The notes beneath the pieces are model-generated. The model made no database searches. It worked only from the letters and a program-made list of their open reading frames with translations, and was not told the DNA's origin. A stretch of DNA of 63,706 bases, counting the filler, from Bradymonadales bacterium (GTDB lineage: Bacteria; Bdellovibrionota; UBA2394), in NCBI GenBank assembly GCA_007693605.1. It is 3 parts of 3 records of this genome, joined end to end, with 100 filler letters (N's around TTAATTAATTAA, not from the genome) between each part and the next. Parts side by side here need not be neighbours in the genome. Positions count along the whole stretch, not along the records: positions 44,617 to 63,706 come from REDG01000034.1; 2 more parts are not named here. The stretch is one strand, 5' to 3'. The position numbers and the translations under genes were made by a program. Below, piece after piece: positions 47,206 through 57,120 of this stretch. The stretch's first letter is position 1, and every line of letters begins with the position of its first letter.

Positions 47206-49059
47206 CTAAGATTTTGCTTTCTTAGTCAGAAAGAACAGCACAAGGCCCATCACGGCGATGCTGACGGCAGATCCAGGTTCAAGGCCCAGCCACTTCACTT
47301 GAATGGGGATGCTGGCCGCCGAAAGAATCGCAATGAAAACTCCGGTGAGAGCCTCGCCTGCAATGATTCCGGAACTCGCAAGAACCCCGCTTTCTCCAAG
47401 CTTCTCATTTTTGGTGTCTCTACGATGGACAAAGAAGTGAATCAGTCCACCAAAAAGAATTGGAACGGCTAAGGTGACCGGAAGATAAATTCCAACCGCC
47501 ATCGGCATGAGATGGAGTCGAAACTTGATGCCCGAAGCCGCCAAGATACGATCCAAAATGATGATAAAGATTCCTAGAGCGAAGCCCCAATTCAGCATAT
47601 CCATGGGCATATCCCCCGCACCAAACATGGCAGAGGTCAATCGCCCGAAAAGTGCAGCTTGAGGGGCTCTTAAGCCCTCGCCGATCACATATTCCTGATG
47701 GAGTAGGGTCAAAACCGGCGCAATGACGGCCGCAGGAACGACGACCCCAATAATTTGGCCAATTTGCTGAGATCGAGGGGTGGTTTTCAAAATGGCACCC
47801 GTCTTCAAATCTTGAGAACAATCGCCAGCCGTGCAAGCCGCACAACAGACGACTGCCGCCACTCCGAGCGTTGCAAGAATCGCGCTCTCTCCAACAAATC
47901 CGTAAAAGAGAAACAAGGCAGCACTTCCCAAAAGTGCAGAGATGGCCATGCCTGAGACCGGATTGTTCGAGCTTCCTACAAGGCCCACCATATAACTTGA
48001 GACTGCCACAAAGAGAAAGCTGGCAACAATCATGATTCCGGTCGTGAGCAAGCTCAATTCAATCGAAGAGATTAAAAACTCATAGAGAGAAAACATCATG
48101 ACGAGACAAAGCAGAAAAATAATCAGCATTGGGACAAGCCCGAGATCTCTCTCTGTCGAGTGAACGGCTTCCCTTCGGTCGGTGTAGGCTCGCTTTAGGC
48201 TTCTGAGCCCCGAAGAAATCCCTTTCCGAACGGAGATAAGAGACCACATACCCGCTACAATCATCGACCCGACCCCGACAAAGCGAATTTTTTCATCCCA
48301 GAGTGCCCAGGCTACATCTAAGCTGGATTCTCCCAGCAAATGTTCCGGGGTTCCTAGCAAGGGGATGCCCACAAACCAGGCAATGGCGCCGCCCAAAAAA
48401 ACAAGAACAGCAATTTCTAGTCGAACGATATAACCAATCGCGACGAGAGCGGGACTCAGCTCAAAGCCGAAAAAAAACTGACGATTTCCCAGCCGGTTTG
48501 CGAACTCCACACTTGGAAGAAGGAGCTTCATTCCAGAAGAAAGAAATTTCACAACAGCTCCAACAAAGAGGCCAGAAACAATCAGGCTCAAGCCCCCACG
48601 AGACTCTGAAGTTCCCGACTCAATCACCGACGCGCAGGCCACACCCTCGGGATAGGTCAGTGTCTTGTCGTCTTGAATCAAGGCCTTGCGAAGCGGAATC
48701 ATGAAGATCACACCCAAGAGGCCACCGATCATGGCAATCAAGGTGGTTGGCCAGAACTGAAAATCATTCCAAACGCCAATGATTACCAAGGCGGGCACTG
48801 TGAAAATAACACCCGCCGCTAAAGACTCTCCGGCGCTTGCGATCGTTTGAACAATATTGGTCTCTTGAGGGCTTCTTCGTCTCAAGACCCCTTGAAGCAC
48901 CGCCATGGCAATCACGGCCGCGGGGATTGAAGCAGAAACTGTCATGCCTGCATACAAACCAAGGTAAGTATTGGCGGCCGTCATCACGACGGCAATGAGA
49001 ATTCCAAGGCCAATACTCAATAAACTCAGCTCTTTTACTTTCTTCAAAGCCTGATTCAC
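47206..49059 (-). CDS. OPT family oligopeptide transporter
   Basis: YLGLYAGMTVSASIPAAV, YPEG.AC, GSSNNPVSG, QDLKTG, APQA. Confidence 0.93.
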   Translation of the reverse strand: MNQALKKVKELSLLSIGLGILIAVVMTAANTYLGLYAGMTVSASIPAAVIAMAVLQGVLRRRSPQETNIVQTIASAGESLAAGVIFTVPALVIIGVWNDFQFWPTTLIAMIGGLLGVIFMIPLRKALIQDDKTLTYPEGVACASVIESGTSESRGGLSLIVSGLFVGAVVKFLSSGMKLLLPSVEFANRLGNRQFFFGFELSPALVAIGYIVRLEIAVLVFLGGAIAWFVGIPLLGTPEHLLGESSLDVAWALWDEKIRFVGVGSMIVAGMWSLISVRKGISSGLRSLKRAYTDRREAVHSTERDLGLVPMLIIFLLCLVMMFSLYEFLISSIELSLLTTGIMIVASFLFVAVSSYMVGLVGSSNNPVSGMAISALLGSAALFLFYGFVGESAILATLGVAAVVCCAACTAGDCSQDLKTGAILKTTPRSQQIGQIIGVVVPAAVIAPVLTLLHQEYVIGEGLRAPQAALFGRLTSAMFGAGDMPMDMLNWGFALGIFIIILDRILAASGIKFRLHLMPMAVGIYLPVTLAVPILFGGLIHFFVHRRDTKNEKLGESGVLASSGIIAGEALTGVFIAILSAASIPIQVKWLGLEPGSAVSIAVMGLVLFFLTKKAKS

Positions 49060-49137
49060 ACTCCTTCTCAGCTTCCTGACACTCTTTCTTCAGAAAATCC
49101 ATTAAAAATTAATGGGCGGGCCTGATAGGATGCCTTG

Positions 49138-50514
49138 ATGTCAAAAATTGTAATCGCTGGAGCCTCAGGATTTGTTGGTAAGAGGCTTATTGAGACCTTG
49201 AAGGAATCTCATGAGCTGGTTGCATTGTCTCGGGGCAAGCAAAGGGAGGATGGAATTGAGTGGCGAAGCTGCGATCTGTTCTCGTTGAAAGAGACTGAGG
49301 CCGCCCTCGAAGGGGCAGAGGTTGGAATCTACTTGGTTCATTCGATGCTGCCGTCGGCACGACTGACTCAAGGGGCTTTTCAGGATTTTGATCTTATCTC
49401 TGCCGATAATTTTGCTCGAGCCGCAAAGAAAGTGGGTCTGAAGCAAATCATTTATCTCGGAGGTCTGATTGATCGAAGCCTGGAGCTGTCCGCTCATTTA
49501 AAGAGTCGATTAGAAGTGGAGAAGGTTCTGAATAGTTACGGTATTCCGGTGACAACTCTTCGAGCGGGTCTCATTCTGGGTCGAGGCGGAAGCTCTTTCA
49601 TGATGCTCTATCGTTTAGTGCAAAGGTTGCCGATGATGCTGCTTCCGGCATGGACGGCCACCCGAACGCAGGCGATTTTGATTGAGGATGTGATCAAGCT
49701 CATTCAGTTTTGTTTGCTGAAAGAGGAGTGTTTCAGCCAATCCTACGATGTCGGAACCACCGAAATTTTGACCTACAAAGAGATGCTTAGAGAAACGGCG
49801 CTTCAGTTGGGCAAGAGACGGCTGTTTTTCTCTGTGCCCCTCTTCAGCCCTAAGCTGTCGAAGGCCTGGGTGAGCTTGGTTACCGGGGCCCCTTATTCCT
49901 TGGTCGGGCCTCTTGTCGATAGTTTGCGCCACGAGATGTTGGTTCGAGACACTCGGTTGATGGAAGCCGCAGGATTACCCCTAGTGAAATTCAGACAGGC
50001 TCTTCAAGTGACTCTTGATGAGCCAAAGTCGGAGAGTCCCTTTCGAAGAATGAGGCGCATTAAGAAACAGAATCGAGAAGGAAGTCTCGTGCGATCTGTG
50101 CAGAGAATGAGCTTGTCGACAACATGGACGGCGAAGCAGGTGGTGGATGCTTATCTCGATTGGCTCCCTCGTTTCTTGCCTTGGCTTTTGAGGGTTGAAC
50201 TCAACCCTGAAGGGGGCTGTTCCTTCTATTTGAGTGGCACAAAACTGCTCTTGTTAAAGTTGGCACTCGACTCCACTTGGTCAAATGAAGATCGGCAGCT
50301 CCTTCGAATTCGAGGAGGCATCTTAAGTCGAGATAACAATGGTCATGGGCGCTTAGAGTTTCGACTTGTTTTAAAGGGTCAGTCGGCGATTGCCGCCATT
50401 CATGATTATCGGCCTAGCTTGCCTTGGTTCATCTACAATTGGACACAGGCGAGGGCCCATTTATTTGTCATGAAGAATTTCGGAAAGTATTTGAAGGGAG
50501 TGTCTCATGTCTAA
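49138..50514 (+). CDS. NAD(P)H-binding atypical SDR protein (YbjT-like) with C-terminal SRPBCC-like domain
   Basis: IAGASGFVG, YLVHSM, IYLGG, HLKSRLEVE, LRAG.I.G.G..SF; C-terminal TQARAH..VM..F. Confidence 0.85.
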   Translation: MSKIVIAGASGFVGKRLIETLKESHELVALSRGKQREDGIEWRSCDLFSLKETEAALEGAEVGIYLVHSMLPSARLTQGAFQDFDLISADNFARAAKKVGLKQIIYLGGLIDRSLELSAHLKSRLEVEKVLNSYGIPVTTLRAGLILGRGGSSFMMLYRLVQRLPMMLLPAWTATRTQAILIEDVIKLIQFCLLKEECFSQSYDVGTTEILTYKEMLRETALQLGKRRLFFSVPLFSPKLSKAWVSLVTGAPYSLVGPLVDSLRHEMLVRDTRLMEAAGLPLVKFRQALQVTLDEPKSESPFRRMRRIKKQNREGSLVRSVQRMSLSTTWTAKQVVDAYLDWLPRFLPWLLRVELNPEGGCSFYLSGTKLLLLKLALDSTWSNEDRQLLRIRGGILSRDNNGHGRLEFRLVLKGQSAIAAIHDYRPSLPWFIYNWTQARAHLFVMKNFGKYLKGVSHV

Positions 50515-52447
50515 AGAAATCGAAAGCGTTCTTCAAGAAGCCGATTGTGTGGAAGTTTTTCCGGACTTTCAGAAAAAGGCTTTGTACAAAAATCAGGAAG
50601 ACTTTGATCGGGACTATCGAGAGTCGATTGATAGGCCGGAAGTTTTTTGGGCGCGAATCGCCAGTGAGCTCGATTGGAATCAGAAGTGGACTGATGTGTT
50701 AGAGTGGAACTGCCCTCATGCCAAATGGTTTGTTGGGGGGCAGACCAATATTGCCTGGAATTGCTTGGGGCGGAACATTGAAAAGGGATTAGGCGAAAAG
50801 CTAGCTTTGATTTTTGAGTCTGAGGAGGCTCAAGTTGAGAAGCTCACCTATCAGGAGCTGTCGGAGCGAGTAGCCGCATTGGCAGGTTTTTTAAAGTCTT
50901 TGGGTGTGAAGCCAGGAGATCGAGTGGGCATCTACCTGCCTCTTCGACCCGAGGCTGTGATTTCCATGTTGGCCTGCGCGTCGATTGGCGCCGTTCATTC
51001 GGTGATCTTCGGAGGCTTCAGTGCGCAGGCCGTTCGAGAGCGGCTGAATGATGCGAAAGCAGAGACTGTCATCACCGCCGACGGAGGAAGGCGCAGGGGC
51101 AAGTGGCTTGATCTAAAGTCTGCTGTCGATGAAGCGGCAGAGGAGTGTCCGCAGTTGAGAAACATCCTGGTCTTTCAGTTTGGAAAGGAGAATCCCAAGA
51201 TTCGATCAGGTCGAGACCATTTATTGACGTCCAGTCTTTTGTCGAAGGTGGCGCCACAAGAGCCTCTGCCCCTTGATTCAGAGCACCCGCTCTTTATTCT
51301 TTATACTTCGGGCTCCACCGGAAAGCCGAAGGGAGTGCTTCATACGACGGGGGGCTATATGGTGGGCAGCTTCTTGACTACGAAGTCGGTTTTTGACATT
51401 CGGAACGAAGATGTATTTTGGTGTACCGCCGATGTGGGCTGGGTTACCGGACATTCGTATCTGACTTATGGTCCTCTATTGAATGCGGCGACTTGCTTGA
51501 TTTATGAAGGGGCCCCGGACTTTCCAGACCCCTCTCGATTTTGGCAGATGATCGATCGGCATCAAGTATCTATTTTTTATACGGCCCCAACGGCGATACG
51601 AGCCTTTATGAAGTGGGGTGAGCAACATCTAGAGTCGAGCAATCGATCGAGTTTGAGGTTGTTAGGGAGTGTGGGGGAGCCGATCAACCCTGAGGCATGG
51701 AAGTGGTATTTTGAGAAAGTTGGAAATTCAAAGTGTCCAATTGTCGATACCTGGTGGCAAACGGAAACGGGTTCCATCATGATTAGCACTTTGCCAGGTG
51801 TTCACAAGTCAAAGCCTGGTTCGGCAGGGGTGCCTCTGTTTGGGGTCGATGCTGAAATTCTGAACCAAGAGGGCCAGCCTGTTCCGGCGGGACAGGGCGG
51901 ACTGCTGGTGATCAACAAGCCTTGGCCCTCTATGATGCGTGGAATTTTCGGAGATGAAGAGCGCTACAAGCAGGAGTACTGGGGGCGCATTCCCAATCGC
52001 TATTTTGCGGGCGATGGGGCTCGACAAGATTCTGATTCTTACTTTTGGATTATGGGTCGAATTGACGATGTCGTGAATGTTTCAGGGCATCGGCTCGGGA
52101 CTATGGAAGTAGAGTCAGCTTTGGTTTCACATCCGGCGGTGGCCGAGGCCGCCGTGGTTTCAAGACCCGATGAGATTAAAGGAGAAGCCATTGTGGCCTT
52201 TGTGACCCTCGATTCGTCGCAAACCAAGAGCGATCAGCTGAAAGGGGAAATTTCGTCTCATGTGGTAAAAGAGATTGGAGCGATTGCTCGACCCTCTGAG
52301 ATTCGCTTTGCGGATTCCCTCCCCAAGACTCGCTCAGGCAAGATCATGCGTCGGTTGCTGCGGTCGCTTGCAGCAGGTGACACCCAGGCTCAAGATACAT
52401 CGACTCTTGAAGATCAGTCGGTTTTAGAGAAACTCAGACTTGAGTGA
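50507..52447 (+). CDS. acs: acetyl-CoA synthetase (acetate--CoA ligase)
   Basis: YTSGSTGKPKG, ADVGWVTGHSY, SVGEPINPEAW, DTWWQTETG, LPKTRSGKIMRR. Confidence 0.96.
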   Translation: MSKEIESVLQEADCVEVFPDFQKKALYKNQEDFDRDYRESIDRPEVFWARIASELDWNQKWTDVLEWNCPHAKWFVGGQTNIAWNCLGRNIEKGLGEKLALIFESEEAQVEKLTYQELSERVAALAGFLKSLGVKPGDRVGIYLPLRPEAVISMLACASIGAVHSVIFGGFSAQAVRERLNDAKAETVITADGGRRRGKWLDLKSAVDEAAEECPQLRNILVFQFGKENPKIRSGRDHLLTSSLLSKVAPQEPLPLDSEHPLFILYTSGSTGKPKGVLHTTGGYMVGSFLTTKSVFDIRNEDVFWCTADVGWVTGHSYLTYGPLLNAATCLIYEGAPDFPDPSRFWQMIDRHQVSIFYTAPTAIRAFMKWGEQHLESSNRSSLRLLGSVGEPINPEAWKWYFEKVGNSKCPIVDTWWQTETGSIMISTLPGVHKSKPGSAGVPLFGVDAEILNQEGQPVPAGQGGLLVINKPWPSMMRGIFGDEERYKQEYWGRIPNRYFAGDGARQDSDSYFWIMGRIDDVVNVSGHRLGTMEVESALVSHPAVAEAAVVSRPDEIKGEAIVAFVTLDSSQTKSDQLKGEISSHVVKEIGAIARPSEIRFADSLPKTRSGKIMRRLLRSLAAGDTQAQDTSTLEDQSVLEKLRLE

Positions 52448-52454
52448 ATCAAAC

Positions 52455-54413
52455 TCACTTCAAATGAGTTTCAAAAAAATCGACTAAATACGAGATCATT
52501 CGGGCCTGGTTCTCTCGTTTGCGCACTCCGTGCCCCTCATCGGCAAAGATAATCAAGGAGCTTTCAGCTCCAGCCTCTTGAACTCCATCATGCATCAAGA
52601 GAGCCTCACCCACCGGAACTCTCGGGTCGGTGGCTCCGTGAATGATGAGCAGGGGATCTTTAACCTGATGCCGATAGTTGATCGGAGAGAGCTGCTCCAA
52701 AATTTCTGCTTGAGTTTCGGGGTCTCCGTATTCAGAAATTCGGAGGGCCCGCCGATAAGGAGCGGTGTTTTGAAGAAAAGTCAGCAAGCTCGTAATTCCA
52801 ACAATCGAAACCCCGGCGTCGTAGCTTCCCGCAAATTTTGACATGGCGACAAGGCTAGAGTAGCCGCCGTAACTACCTCCCATGACACCGATTTTTGGGG
52901 AGACTCCGTCTTTGGCCCAGCTCTCTCGGATGAAGATGGCCGCATCTTCAATATCAGTAATGACATTCAATCGTCTCTCTTGATTGTCTGCATCGATCCA
53001 TGCGCGCCCGTAACCGGAGCTTCCGCGCACATTGGGCTGAACAAAAACAAATCCCCTCTTTTGCAGAATCAGCGCCGTCGCCGAAAAGCTTGGGATCGAT
53101 TGGGCCTCGGGACCTCCATGAAAGTCAACAATGACAGGGCAGAGCTGAACCTCACAAATCTTGGGTCGCCAGACAAACATGGGAATAGGGGTTCCGTCTC
53201 GGGCAGGGTAGGACTCCAGACTGGCCTGGACCGCAAAGCTCAGATCAACTTCTGGACTGCTTGAAGGGAGCCATTTGTTAAAGCTTAAGTCTTCAAGATC
53301 CAGAACAAAAACCTCACTTGGTCGGTTGGAGTTGGCAAGCATCAATGAAAGCCAGCGACCACCAGCAGAGAGACTGCCCCTAAAAATCTGTTCTGCATTT
53401 TCTATCTCTGGAAGTGGCATCAATGTCCACGGCCTTAGTTGGTAGACCTCAAAGCGATGGTAGCCCCTGTCATTCAACGACAGAATCACTCGACTTCGAT
53501 CTCTGGTAATTGAAAATGACGAGATCTCTACGCCTCTTTCACCCGTAATGGACTCGAAATCTCCAGCTTTCCATCGGTAGAGCTGATGAAAATCGCTGAA
53601 TCGATTTGTCAGGACGAGAAGTTCTCCCTCCGCTTCAGAATACTTTGCAAAATAAGATTCTTCCTCATCTTTCCCTAGAAGCGCTGTGAGATCGTTTGTC
53701 TCAGGGTCGAATTCATAAACTGCGTTATTAATATTTCCTTTCGCCTCACGAAGCAGAAGGCGACCGTCGGCCTTATGATCAAGCACACTCCAAAATCCTG
53801 TGAGCCGAACCACTTCTTCAGTTAGGCGGTTCTCAATATTGTAGCGAAAGATGCTGAAAGAATCGGGGCGGTGAGCGTTGGCTCTAAAGTAAAGATACTT
53901 GGAGTCATCTGAGAAAAACTCATGAGAGGCGACCACTCGCTCTCGGCGAAACACTTCTCGGACGGGTCCCCCGTCTGCGCTTTGAAGATAAATTCCAAAC
54001 TGTTCATCGCCTTGCCGATCACGAGAAATCACGATCCATCGACCATCTGGGCTCACATCTTGTAAGAAGCTGGCATCCTCTCCGCCAGTCATCTGAACGG
54101 GAAATCCCATGGGTTGGTCAACTCTCCAGACTTGACGGTTTCCGGTGACGGTCCAGGTGAAGTAAAGTCTCTGCCCGTCGGGCGAGGGAATGCCAAAGCC
54201 AGGAGAGCGAAGATCTAAAAGGCTTTGCGCCAAAGAAAAGCTTTCGCCCCCAGCGGTAGGTGGCGCGTAGCGCTCTAAAATTTCCTCTGTGACGGACTCT
54301 CGTCCAAAGCCACTGTAGTCTAACGCCCGCTCCTCTGGGCCATGAGAGGGGCTTTGGATTTTGGGCCCGGAACAGCCTAAAACCCCCAAAATCAAGACGA
54401 AAGATATTCCCAC
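52455..54413 (-). CDS. S9 family (prolyl oligopeptidase/acylaminoacyl) peptidase, lipoprotein
   Basis: HGGPE, NVRGSSGYG, GGSYGG, DPRVP, DEGHG; GTG 54413 with GGAG and lipobox VLGC avoids overlap with ppa. Confidence 0.9.
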   Translation of the reverse strand: MGISFVLILGVLGCSGPKIQSPSHGPEERALDYSGFGRESVTEEILERYAPPTAGGESFSLAQSLLDLRSPGFGIPSPDGQRLYFTWTVTGNRQVWRVDQPMGFPVQMTGGEDASFLQDVSPDGRWIVISRDRQGDEQFGIYLQSADGGPVREVFRRERVVASHEFFSDDSKYLYFRANAHRPDSFSIFRYNIENRLTEEVVRLTGFWSVLDHKADGRLLLREAKGNINNAVYEFDPETNDLTALLGKDEEESYFAKYSEAEGELLVLTNRFSDFHQLYRWKAGDFESITGERGVEISSFSITRDRSRVILSLNDRGYHRFEVYQLRPWTLMPLPEIENAEQIFRGSLSAGGRWLSLMLANSNRPSEVFVLDLEDLSFNKWLPSSSPEVDLSFAVQASLESYPARDGTPIPMFVWRPKICEVQLCPVIVDFHGGPEAQSIPSFSATALILQKRGFVFVQPNVRGSSGYGRAWIDADNQERRLNVITDIEDAAIFIRESWAKDGVSPKIGVMGGSYGGYSSLVAMSKFAGSYDAGVSIVGITSLLTFLQNTAPYRRALRISEYGDPETQAEILEQLSPINYRHQVKDPLLIIHGATDPRVPVGEALLMHDGVQEAGAESSLIIFADEGHGVRKRENQARMISYLVDFFETHLK

Positions 54414-54448
54414 GAATCTCCAGTTTTGGGCTATGTTGTCGATCTGAT

Positions 54449-54985
54449 ATGAATCCATGGCATGATGTTCCTTTAGGTGAGTTGGTTCCCGATTTGTTTC
54501 CCGCCATTATTGAAGTCCCTAAAGGATCAAAAAACAAGTATGAACTCGACAAAGAAACGGGCCTGATTCGGGTCGATCGAGTTTTGTTTAGTAGTGTCGT
54601 CTACCCCGCAAATTATGGCTTTATTCCGCGATCTTACTGCGACGACAAAGATCCCCTTGATGTGCTAGTTTTGGGGCAAGAGTCGGTGTACCCGCTCTCC
54701 ATCATGATGGCGAAGCCCATCGGGCTGATGAAAATGATCGATCAGGGAGAGTTGGACGACAAGGTCATCGCGGTGCATGCGAATGACCCAGAGTATTGTC
54801 ATTTTGATTCGATTCACGAACTGCCTCGGCATCGGCTGGATGAATTGAAGAAGTTTTTTGAGGATTATAAATCTTTGGAAAACAAAAGAGTTCAGGTGGA
54901 GAATTTTTTGGATGCTTCAGAAGCCAGAAAGAGTGTTTCTGAAGCAGTAGCCATGTATTTGAGAGATATAGCGAAGGCAAAGTAA
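54449..54985 (+). CDS. ppa: inorganic pyrophosphatase (family I)
   Basis: [32 protein letters not shown]. Confidence 0.95.
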   Translation: MNPWHDVPLGELVPDLFPAIIEVPKGSKNKYELDKETGLIRVDRVLFSSVVYPANYGFIPRSYCDDKDPLDVLVLGQESVYPLSIMMAKPIGLMKMIDQGELDDKVIAVHANDPEYCHFDSIHELPRHRLDELKKFFEDYKSLENKRVQVENFLDASEARKSVSEAVAMYLRDIAKAK

Positions 54986-54995
54986 GGAGAAAGAA

Positions 54996-55478
54996 ATGGA
55001 ACAGAATCTAGATGTTAATATTGGAATTTCACATGATAGCCGAAAAGAAATCGCCGAGGGCTTGGCGAGGGTCTTGGCGGACTCCTATACACTCTACTTA
55101 AAGACTCACAATTATCATTGGAATGTCACAGGGCCGATGTTCAACACCTTGCACACCATGTTTGAAACCCAGTACACGGAACTGGCGACGGCCGTTGATG
55201 AAGTTGCCGAAAGAATTCGTTCTTTAGGCTTTCCCGCTCCGGGCTCCTACAAAAGTTATTCGAAACTGACTTCCATTCAAGAGGAAGAAGGGACTCCCCC
55301 CGCAAAAGAGATGATTAAGAACCTTTTGTCAGCGCATGAAACAGTCGCTCGAACCGCGCGAGAAGTCTTTCCAGCCGCTGAAAAAGGTCAAGACGAAGCA
55401 ACCGTCGATCTTCTCACTCAACGAATTCAAACTCATGAGAAGACGGCGTGGATGTTGAGAAGTCTATTAGAAGCCTAA
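54996..55478 (+). CDS. dps: Dps family DNA starvation/stationary phase protection protein
   Basis: [31 protein letters not shown]. Confidence 0.95.
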   Translation: MEQNLDVNIGISHDSRKEIAEGLARVLADSYTLYLKTHNYHWNVTGPMFNTLHTMFETQYTELATAVDEVAERIRSLGFPAPGSYKSYSKLTSIQEEEGTPPAKEMIKNLLSAHETVARTAREVFPAAEKGQDEATVDLLTQRIQTHEKTAWMLRSLLEA

Positions 55479-55492
55479 GGGGACCCTATGAA

Positions 55493-55511
55493 GCGCTAAA
55501 TGCCCATCTGC
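55493..55511 (+). repeat. degenerate R2 terminal arm
   Basis: GCGCTAAATGCCCATCTGC, one mismatch to the R2 arm, between convergent genes. Confidence 0.6.
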
Positions 55512-55544
55512 CCCCGGATTCCAGTGTCGATCAAATATTCGAAA

Positions 55545-56420
55545 CTACTCTGTCGGTTGTGACCTTAGGGCTCCTGGATGGCGATCGTTCATAAGAGATT
55601 CGAGATCGGGAGTTTCGGGTAAGATTTCCCCTTCTGAACGGTAGGCTTCTGTATCTTCAAGAACCTGTAAACATAAAATAGTCATGAGTTGATAGGCTTC
55701 TATGAAGCTGGTCAGTAGGTATGAATCTTTGTCTTTTGAGCGAGCATCGGGCCGTCCGAAGTTCCGAAGTGGGTCTATCCAAGATCTGCTCTTGCTTTCT
55801 TCTAGGGCTCTTAGCAATTCAATCGCTTGAGCTCGAACACCTGCCCGTCGGTCCTTTTCCACATTCAGGATTGCAAGAACCCTGGGTCGCTCGGCTTTCG
55901 TGTCATCTGAAGGTTCTTGCTCAAATCGAAATTCATTTTCTCTTTCTGTCAATCCGATAGACTTTGCCTTGATCAAGTCTAGGATCTCCTTGAGGGCTTT
56001 CGAAATCTCTGTTTCAAGCGTCTTCAAGTCGGCCTTCTGTTGGGCGCTAAAACTGAGGACTTCATCTTTCTTTGGTCTTCGCTGTGGATGAGGGACTTGA
56101 GCTCTCAGGATCTGAGAGCTTTCAGTCAACTGAAGAAGGTAGTGAAGATGGTTAAAGAGAACCTGAATATAGGGAAAGTCTTCATAAGAAAAGCCGACTT
56201 TTGTTATCTCACTGTGCCTAGCCTCAAAAGTCTCTAGAGCCCCTTCCAGGGCTGAACGAATTCTGTTGATTTCAAACTCAATCGTATTGGGGGTCCTTCG
56301 GTTGACTGGTCCCGTAAGACCCGAGATTTCATCCGGGCAAGCTTCAACAGAGGGGAAGCTAAGCCCTAAAGCCAGTCCCAAAAGGAGCGGAAGTCGACGA
56401 TTTCTTCTGGAGGAGTTCAC
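55545..56420 (-). CDS. hypothetical exported alpha-helical protein
   Basis: 291-aa ORF filling the gap; basic N-terminus, hydrophobic stretch and VEA cleavage-like site; no family recognised. Confidence 0.7.
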   Translation of the reverse strand: MNSSRRNRRLPLLLGLALGLSFPSVEACPDEISGLTGPVNRRTPNTIEFEINRIRSALEGALETFEARHSEITKVGFSYEDFPYIQVLFNHLHYLLQLTESSQILRAQVPHPQRRPKKDEVLSFSAQQKADLKTLETEISKALKEILDLIKAKSIGLTERENEFRFEQEPSDDTKAERPRVLAILNVEKDRRAGVRAQAIELLRALEESKSRSWIDPLRNFGRPDARSKDKDSYLLTSFIEAYQLMTILCLQVLEDTEAYRSEGEILPETPDLESLMNDRHPGALRSQPTE

Positions 56421-56544
56421 CCAGCTCAGTCTTCTAGCCTAAATCTCAGCGAATTCAAGCCCAGCCCTGAAGAGGAGCCCTCTCCGTAAACCTATGAAAT
56501 CAATAAGTTTTTTCTCAATCTGATCTTTGCCGTTTCTCTCAAGT

Positions 56545-57069
56545 TCAGGCCGTCGGGTAGCTCTCGAAGCAATTAGGCGAGTGAAAGTCAGGCTTAGAGC
56601 TTGGGTGGCGAAGCGCAAAATGGAGCATCTGACCGGAGCTTTCGTGAAGAATGGCCGCAGCTTGAAAACCAAGAGGAGTCTGAGCGAGTTCAATCTCCGT
56701 TTCAAATAGGACGCGTTCATTGGAGTCTTGCGAAAAGCTCATTCGAGAGGGCTTCAGAGATTCGCTCGGGTGGTCCTCTTTTCGGTACGCATGGAAGCTC
56801 TGGTGCCAGTAAGCAGTGTCTGGAGAGAAATTGTATTCCCAGTATTTCTGATCATCGAACAGAAAGAACAATTCAAAACAGCTCGATCTCCAAAGCTCTC
56901 GTCTAAACTCAGCTTTCTTTCTCTTCACTTCAAACTGAAGTTTAGAAAAGTCACCTGTTAACTCGAATCGAGCCGTGGCGTGCTTCGCCCTCACATGGAG
57001 ACTCAACTGCACAGAGTAATCTGAATTTTCCTCAAAGCAGACGAGACTGAAGTGATGACGAGCGCTCAT
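56545..57069 (-). CDS. DOMON-like domain protein
   Basis: ELW..SCFELF, Y.EYNFSP, AL.HP..KPDFH pattern. Confidence 0.75.
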   Translation of the reverse strand: MSARHHFSLVCFEENSDYSVQLSLHVRAKHATARFELTGDFSKLQFEVKRKKAEFRRELWRSSCFELFFLFDDQKYWEYNFSPDTAYWHQSFHAYRKEDHPSESLKPSRMSFSQDSNERVLFETEIELAQTPLGFQAAAILHESSGQMLHFALRHPSSKPDFHSPNCFESYPTA

Positions 57070-57120
57070 TTAGCTTCACTGAGTCTAAAGAATTTCATTG
57101 GACAAGAGAAAGAAAAAGCA

